Shown: positions 58,880-64,000 of the stretch, in pieces
Layout of the letters: every line of letters starts with the position of its first letter
How positions within the stretch are numbered: the stretch's first letter is position 1
NCBI GenBank assembly: GCA_963719515.1
Contig: CAVRCJ010000001.1
Coordinates: forward strand, 288,001-352,000
Length of the DNA stretch: 64,000 nt
Reading direction: 5' to 3'
DNA from: an uncultured cyanobacterium
GTDB taxonomy: Bacteria > Cyanobacteriota > Cyanobacteriia > CAKZMO01
Translations under genes and position numbers: made by a program
Notes under the pieces: model-generated
Database searches by the model: none
The model's input: only the letters and a program-made list of their open reading frames with translations
Told to the model about the DNA's origin: nothing

Positions 58880-61800
58880 ATGCGGTTTTCTGTCTTGTGG
58901 TTGGGTTTGACGGTGCTGATGGTGGAGGGGGCGATCGCTCCTCGCGTCCTCGCACAGTCTGAGGGGTCTGCACCGTCAGTGCAGACTGAGGGGGAGGCGT
59001 CGCTTGAGATAAGCGAGGCTGAGGCGCTGCTAGCGGAGGGCGATCGCCTATTCTATCAAGGCCGCCTTCTAGAGGCCCTAGAAACACTAGAGCAAGCCCG
59101 AAACCTGTATCAGGAGCGTGGCGATGCCTTGGGCGAGGCGAACGCGCTGGTCTCCTTATCTCTTGTGCAGGGGTGGCTATCTGAGTATGAGGAGGGGCGA
59201 TCGCTGGTACAGGCTGCCCTTGATATCTATCAGAGTCTAGAATCTGATGCCGAAACGCAATTGGCGGAGGCCCGTGCGCTACATCGGCTCGCAGTCACAC
59301 AATACGGGCTTGACGAGCGGGAGACGGCGCTGGAAACCCTAGCGCGATCGCGGAGCCTGTTTCGCGAGTTGGGAGCATCGGTGGATGAGGGAATTGCCTT
59401 ACTGGATACAGGAGCTATCAGCATCCGCGAGGGAGAGCCAGAGGATGGATTAGAGCCCTTGAATGAGGGCCTAGCCTTGCTAAATAATACTAGCGCCGAT
59501 GCTGAAGCTGGTTCAATTGCCGAGCTACGTCGGGAGTACTACAAAGCACTGGGTCTAGCCTGGATTGGCCGGGGCTATGGTCTGCTGGAGCAGCCGAATG
59601 AGGCATTGGAGGCGATCGCCGCGTCGCTGACAATAAGCCGGAGCATTGATGCTCGACTGGTTGAGAATTCTGCCCTATTGTCCAAAGGCCTGATCTATGA
59701 AAATCAGCAAGAGTTTGATTTGGCTGAGGAGGCCTACAAGCAGGCACTGACTGTCCTACAGCCGATAGGGAGCATGATTTCTGAGGGGAACGTATGGAAT
59801 CGGCTCGGGAATCTCTATAAGCAGCAAGAACAATATGATGAGGCTTTGGCGGCTTATCAACAGGCGCTCTCCCTGTTTCAGCAGGCGGAAAACTTGGAAG
59901 AAATTGGGTCTGCGTGGTACTTCATTGCTACGGTGCATCAATCCCTAGAGCAGTTCGATGAAGCGATCGCCGCCTATCAAAAATCGATTGACATATTTAC
60001 CGCATCAGACGAACTCGGCTTGAGCGGAATCGTTCTTCAGGCTCTTGGAACTCTATACCAAATCCAAGAGCGATATGAGGAGGCGCTAGCAACGTATCAG
60101 CAAGCATTACCCATTCTTCAGGAGGCAGAAGAGCAAGAGCAGGAGGGATGGACTTGGTACTGGATCGCTCAAAACTACACCCTACAGAATCAACAGGAAG
60201 AGGCTATTGAGGCTTACCAGCGATCGCTGACTATATTCACTGAATTGGAGCAGCCCCGCACGCAGGCAACCATGCTCAAGCTGATGGGCGACACCTATCA
60301 GAATCAAGGCCAGTTTGAGCCAGCCATTGAGGCCTACGAGCAAGCCTTAGCGATTCGTCGTGAGGTAGGGGACCAGCCCGAGGAAGCGGTGACTCTCAAT
60401 AGTATTGGTCTTGTGCGCGACAGCCAAGAACGCTACGACCAGGCTCTGGATGCCTATGAGCAAGCTTTAGCCATTGTCCGAGGGATGGACGAGCGTTCGG
60501 GAGAAGACATCATTCTTAGTAATGTTGGCAGCATCTATGAGGACCAGGGACGCTATGACGAGGCCTTAGAGACCTACGAGCAGGTTCTGGACATTCGCCG
60601 GGAGGCGGGCGATCGCGCTGGGGAATGCACGACTCTCAATACCATTGGTTTGATATACGATGATCTTGACCAATATCTCCAAGCCTTAGAAACTCACCAG
60701 CAAGCCTTAATAGTCTGCCGCGAGGTAGGCGATCGCGCGACAGAGAGTTCCGTGCTCGGCAACATCGGCATAGTCTACCGGGCTTTAGGACGCTATGAAT
60801 CCGTCCTGGATGTCTTTCAGCAGGCCTTAATCATTAAGCGGGAGCTAGGCGATCGCGCTGGGGAAGGCCTTGTCCTCAATCATATTGGATTGACTCACAG
60901 CGATCTAGGGCAGTATCTTCAGGCTTTAGAGGCCTATGAGCAATCGCTAGCTATCCGCCGAGAGTTGGGCGATCGCGCTGGGGAAAGTGCTGTCCTCAAT
61001 AATATTGGTGCTATATATAAGGCTCAAAGCCGATATGAGCTAGCCCTCGAGCTTTATGAGCAGTCGCTAGCGATTGACCGAGAGATTGGCGATCGCATTG
61101 GGGAAAGCACAACCCTCGCCAATATAGGTGTAGTGCATAATGTGCAAGGCCGCTATGAGCTGGCCCTAGAACTTACTCAGCAAGCGTTGGCAATCAAACG
61201 CGAAGTGAAGGATCGCGCTGGGCAAGGTGCAGTTCTCGATAATATTGGCTCGGTGTACAACAGCTTAGGGCAGTATGAACTTGCCCTTGAGTTCTACCAA
61301 CAGGCTCTAGAAATTCGCCGAGAGGTGAGCGCTAGGTTAGGGGAGAGCATCACCCTCAGTAGCATCGGTCAAGTCTATATCAACACAGGGCAATATCAAC
61401 AGGCGCTGGACACCTTTCAGCAGGCGCTAGACATCAGTCAGCAGCTCGGCAGTCCTGCCCAAGAGGGAGCAATCCTCAACGATATCGGCATAGTGTATGA
61501 CAGATTGGGGCGCTATCAACCGGCTCTAGAAACTTATGAGCAGGCCTTGGCCATTAACCGAGAGATTGGCAATCGCGCTGGTGAAGGCACTACTCTCAAC
61601 AACATTGGCTTAACTTACGGCAATTTGGGACAGTATCAGGTAGCGCTAGACCTCTTTCAGCAGTCCCTGGCTATCAAGCAGGAGATTGGCGATCGCCCTG
61701 GAGAGGGGACTACCTTCAACAATCTTGCTGGCATCTACGGCGGCTTGGGCCAATATCAGCTCTCGCTAGAGACCTACGAGCAGGCCCTCGCTATCCTTCG

Positions 61801-64000
61801 AGATGTTGGCGATCGCGCTGGAGAGGGTAATATCCTCAACAACATCGGCTCAATCCACAACAGTCTTGGGCGCTACTCGCTAGCGCTGGAGACTTTTGAG
61901 CAGGCGCTGGCCATTCAACAAGATATCGGCGATCGCGATCGGGAAGCCACGACCCTCAACAATATTGGTGGCGTCTACCAAAACCTAGCGCAGTACGAAA
62001 AGGCACTAGATTTCTATCAGCAGGCCCTTACCATTACCCAGGAACTTGAGGATCGCGCCGGGGAGGGCGACATCCTCAACAATATAGGTTTTGCTTATAA
62101 AAGCTTGGGACAGTATCAGCAAGCGCTGAATCTTTACGAGAAATCCCTAGCCATTCGCCGAGAAATTGGCGATCGGGTTGGGGAGGGAGTCAACATGGGC
62201 AATATTAGCTTAGTCTACTTCGATTTAGGACAGCCTCAGCTGGCTCTGAAGACCTCCCAGGAAGCCTTAACCATCCTTCGAGACATCGGCGCTCGTGCCG
62301 AGGAGGGAAGTGCTATCAATATTCTTGGTGGGCTTTATGACAGCTTGGGACAGTATCAGCAGGCGCTGGAGCTCTACGAGCAGTCCCTAGCCATTCGCCA
62401 AGAAATTGGCGATCGCCTTGGCGAAGGAATTACCCTCAACAATATTGGCGTGACCTATGGCCAGCTAGGGCAGTATCAGCTTGCACTGGAGACCGCTCAG
62501 CGAGCCTTAGCCATCTCCCAAGATATCGGTGCTCGCGCTGAGGAAGCAAATACCCTGACTAACATCGGCGTGCTGTATGCCGATCTTGAACAATATCAGC
62601 GCGCCTCAGAGTTCTATCAGCAGGCTCTGGCCATCCGGCAGGAGATTGGCGACCAGGCAGGGGTAGGCCACACGCTCCACAACATCGGCGCAAACTACCG
62701 TGAACTAGGGCAGTATTCTCAAGCGCTAGCGTTTCATCAACAGGCCGTCGCCATTGGTCAAGACATTGGTAATCAGGCCGTAGTAGGCTCTGCCCTCAAC
62801 GGAGTAGGCCTAGCCTACGAGAAGCTCGCTCAATACGAAGAAGCGGTAGCGGCCTATCAGCAAGCTTTAGCTATTCGCCAAGAAGTGGGCGATCGCGCTG
62901 GAATAGGACAAACCTTAGGTGATATGGGCTCTGCACTCAGCGCTCTAGATCAGCCTGAACTCGCCATTCTCTTCCTCAAGCAGTCGGTGAATCAGTACGA
63001 AGCCATCCGCGATGACATTCGTGGCCTCAGCGACGAGCAGCAGCAGTCCTATACTGATACGGTTGAAGAAACCTACCGCGAACTCGCCGATCTGCTGCTG
63101 CAGGAAAACCGTATCCTCGAAGCCCAGCGCGTTTTGGACCTGCTAAAAGTCCAAGAACTCGACGACTACCTAGAAAACGTCCGTAGCACTCCCGAAACTC
63201 GTCAAGGTGTCGAGACGCTGCCTCCAGAAAACGAACTTCTCGAAGAATACAATGCCCGTCTCGCCCGAGCCGTTGAGCTGGGCAAACAGCTCCAGGCTAT
63301 CCCCAACGACCTCACCCAGCGCACCCCTGAGCAAGAGCAGCAGCGCCGCGACATCGAAGACGAGCAAAAGGCGATTCTCAGAGAATTTCTCGACTTCATC
63401 GACACACCTCAGGTCCAAGACCTCGTCGCCCAGCTGCGGCAAACCACCGAAGGAGGAAATCTAGAACCTGCCCTGCTCCGCAGCCTCCAAGACGACCTAC
63501 TAGAGCTAGGGGAAGACGCCGCCCTCATCTATCCTCTCGTCCTTGAAGATCGACTAGAGCTAGTGCTCGTCACACCTTATGCCCCGCCCATCAGTCGCCC
63601 CGTCGGCGTCGGCAAGGCCGAGTTAAATGAAGCCATCTTGGCCTACCGCCAAGCCTTGGATAACCCCACGAGTAATCCTGAACCGCTGGCTCAACAGCTC
63701 TACGACTGGCTCATCCGTCCACTAGATGCTGCCCTGCAAGAAGCCGATACCCAAACCCTGATTTACGCCCCCGACGGGCAACTACGCTATATCCCGCTGG
63801 CCGCCCTTCATGACGGGGAGCAGTGGCTCGCCGAGCGATACCGCGTCAACCACATCACCGCCCTAAGCCTCGCCGACTGGGATGACGCCTCTCAAGCCCC
63901 AAAAATTCTCGCTGGAGCCTTTGGGTCGCAGGGGCAAAGCGTTGAGGTTACGGGCGATCGCCTCACGTTTGACGGCTTGCCGTTCACTATCGACGAGGTT
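58880..64000 (+). CDS. giant exported TPR-CHAT protein (>1700 aa, runs off window)
   Basis: Absent from the ORF track (no stop in window). GGAG RBS, signal MRFSVLWLGLTVLMVEGAIAPRVLA, >20 TPR units, EAQRVLDLLKVQELDDYL and YAPDGQLRYIPLAALHDG. Same frame at start and window end. Confidence 0.9.
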   Translation, partial: MRFSVLWLGLTVLMVEGAIAPRVLAQSEGSAPSVQTEGEASLEISEAEALLAEGDRLFYQGRLLEALETLEQARNLYQERGDALGEANALVSLSLVQGWLSEYEEGRSLVQAALDIYQSLESDAETQLAEARALHRLAVTQYGLDERETALETLARSRSLFRELGASVDEGIALLDTGAISIREGEPEDGLEPLNEGLALLNNTSADAEAGSIAELRREYYKALGLAWIGRGYGLLEQPNEALEAIAASLTISRSIDARLVENSALLSKGLIYENQQEFDLAEEAYKQALTVLQPIGSMISEGNVWNRLGNLYKQQEQYDEALAAYQQALSLFQQAENLEEIGSAWYFIATVHQSLEQFDEAIAAYQKSIDIFTASDELGLSGIVLQALGTLYQIQERYEEALATYQQALPILQEAEEQEQEGWTWYWIAQNYTLQNQQEEAIEAYQRSLTIFTELEQPRTQATMLKLMGDTYQNQGQFEPAIEAYEQALAIRREVGDQPEEAVTLNSIGLVRDSQERYDQALDAYEQALAIVRGMDERSGEDIILSNVGSIYEDQGRYDEALETYEQVLDIRREAGDRAGECTTLNTIGLIYDDLDQYLQALETHQQALIVCREVGDRATESSVLGNIGIVYRALGRYESVLDVFQQALIIKRELGDRAGEGLVLNHIGLTHSDLGQYLQALEAYEQSLAIRRELGDRAGESAVLNNIGAIYKAQSRYELALELYEQSLAIDREIGDRIGESTTLANIGVVHNVQGRYELALELTQQALAIKREVKDRAGQGAVLDNIGSVYNSLGQYELALEFYQQALEIRREVSARLGESITLSSIGQVYINTGQYQQALDTFQQALDISQQLGSPAQEGAILNDIGIVYDRLGRYQPALETYEQALAINREIGNRAGEGTTLNNIGLTYGNLGQYQVALDLFQQSLAIKQEIGDRPGEGTTFNNLAGIYGGLGQYQLSLETYEQALAILRDVGDRAGEGNILNNIGSIHNSLGRYSLALETFEQALAIQQDIGDRDREATTLNNIGGVYQNLAQYEKALDFYQQALTITQELEDRAGEGDILNNIGFAYKSLGQYQQALNLYEKSLAIRREIGDRVGEGVNMGNISLVYFDLGQPQLALKTSQEALTILRDIGARAEEGSAINILGGLYDSLGQYQQALELYEQSLAIRQEIGDRLGEGITLNNIGVTYGQLGQYQLALETAQRALAISQDIGARAEEANTLTNIGVLYADLEQYQRASEFYQQALAIRQEIGDQAGVGHTLHNIGANYRELGQYSQALAFHQQAVAIGQDIGNQAVVGSALNGVGLAYEKLAQYEEAVAAYQQALAIRQEVGDRAGIGQTLGDMGSALSALDQPELAILFLKQSVNQYEAIRDDIRGLSDEQQQSYTDTVEETYRELADLLLQENRILEAQRVLDLLKVQELDDYLENVRSTPETRQGVETLPPENELLEEYNARLARAVELGKQLQAIPNDLTQRTPEQEQQRRDIEDEQKAILREFLDFIDTPQVQDLVAQLRQTTEGGNLEPALLRSLQDDLLELGEDAALIYPLVLEDRLELVLVTPYAPPISRPVGVGKAELNEAILAYRQALDNPTSNPEPLAQQLYDWLIRPLDAALQEADTQTLIYAPDGQLRYIPLAALHDGEQWLAERYRVNHITALSLADWDDASQAPKILAGAFGSQGQSVEVTGDRLTFDGLPFTIDEV

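Noticed and set aside
59230..63464. Short track ORFs within 59-63.5 kb
   Set aside because: They are shadow frames of the giant TPR-CHAT gene starting at 58880.

Overview
This is a cyanobacterial chromosome segment: HIP1 octamers (GCGATCGC) are abundant and a photosystem II S4 gene is present. The left half (1-31.5 kb) is mostly housekeeping: AMIN protein, FHA-adenylate cyclase, uppP, radical SAM, era, antiporter, a multi-sensor kinase and others. It also holds two IS200/IS605 TnpB elements whose exact ends and target motifs can be read from the sequence. Right of a tRNA-Val(GAC) lies a >32 kb locus dominated by predicted exported proteases and their partners. These are a Tat-signal caspase-family protease, a trypsin-like protease, a subtilase, three TPR-CHAT proteases (one IS-disrupted, one running off the window) and a TPR-less CHAT protein lacking its catalytic His. 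A tightly coupled operon in the same locus encodes a sigma-like factor, a DUF1822 protein, a CHAT-CHASE2 membrane protein (frameshifted in a G9 tract) and a DUF928-like exported protein. I infer an extracytoplasmic proteolytic cascade coupled to a transmembrane protease/sigma-factor relay. The locus also carries two IS4 elements with clean TIRs and TSDs, nested MITEs, an orphan xisH-xisI pair and a candidate SymR-like antisense RNA. All family assignments come from motif recognition by eye; no searches were run.
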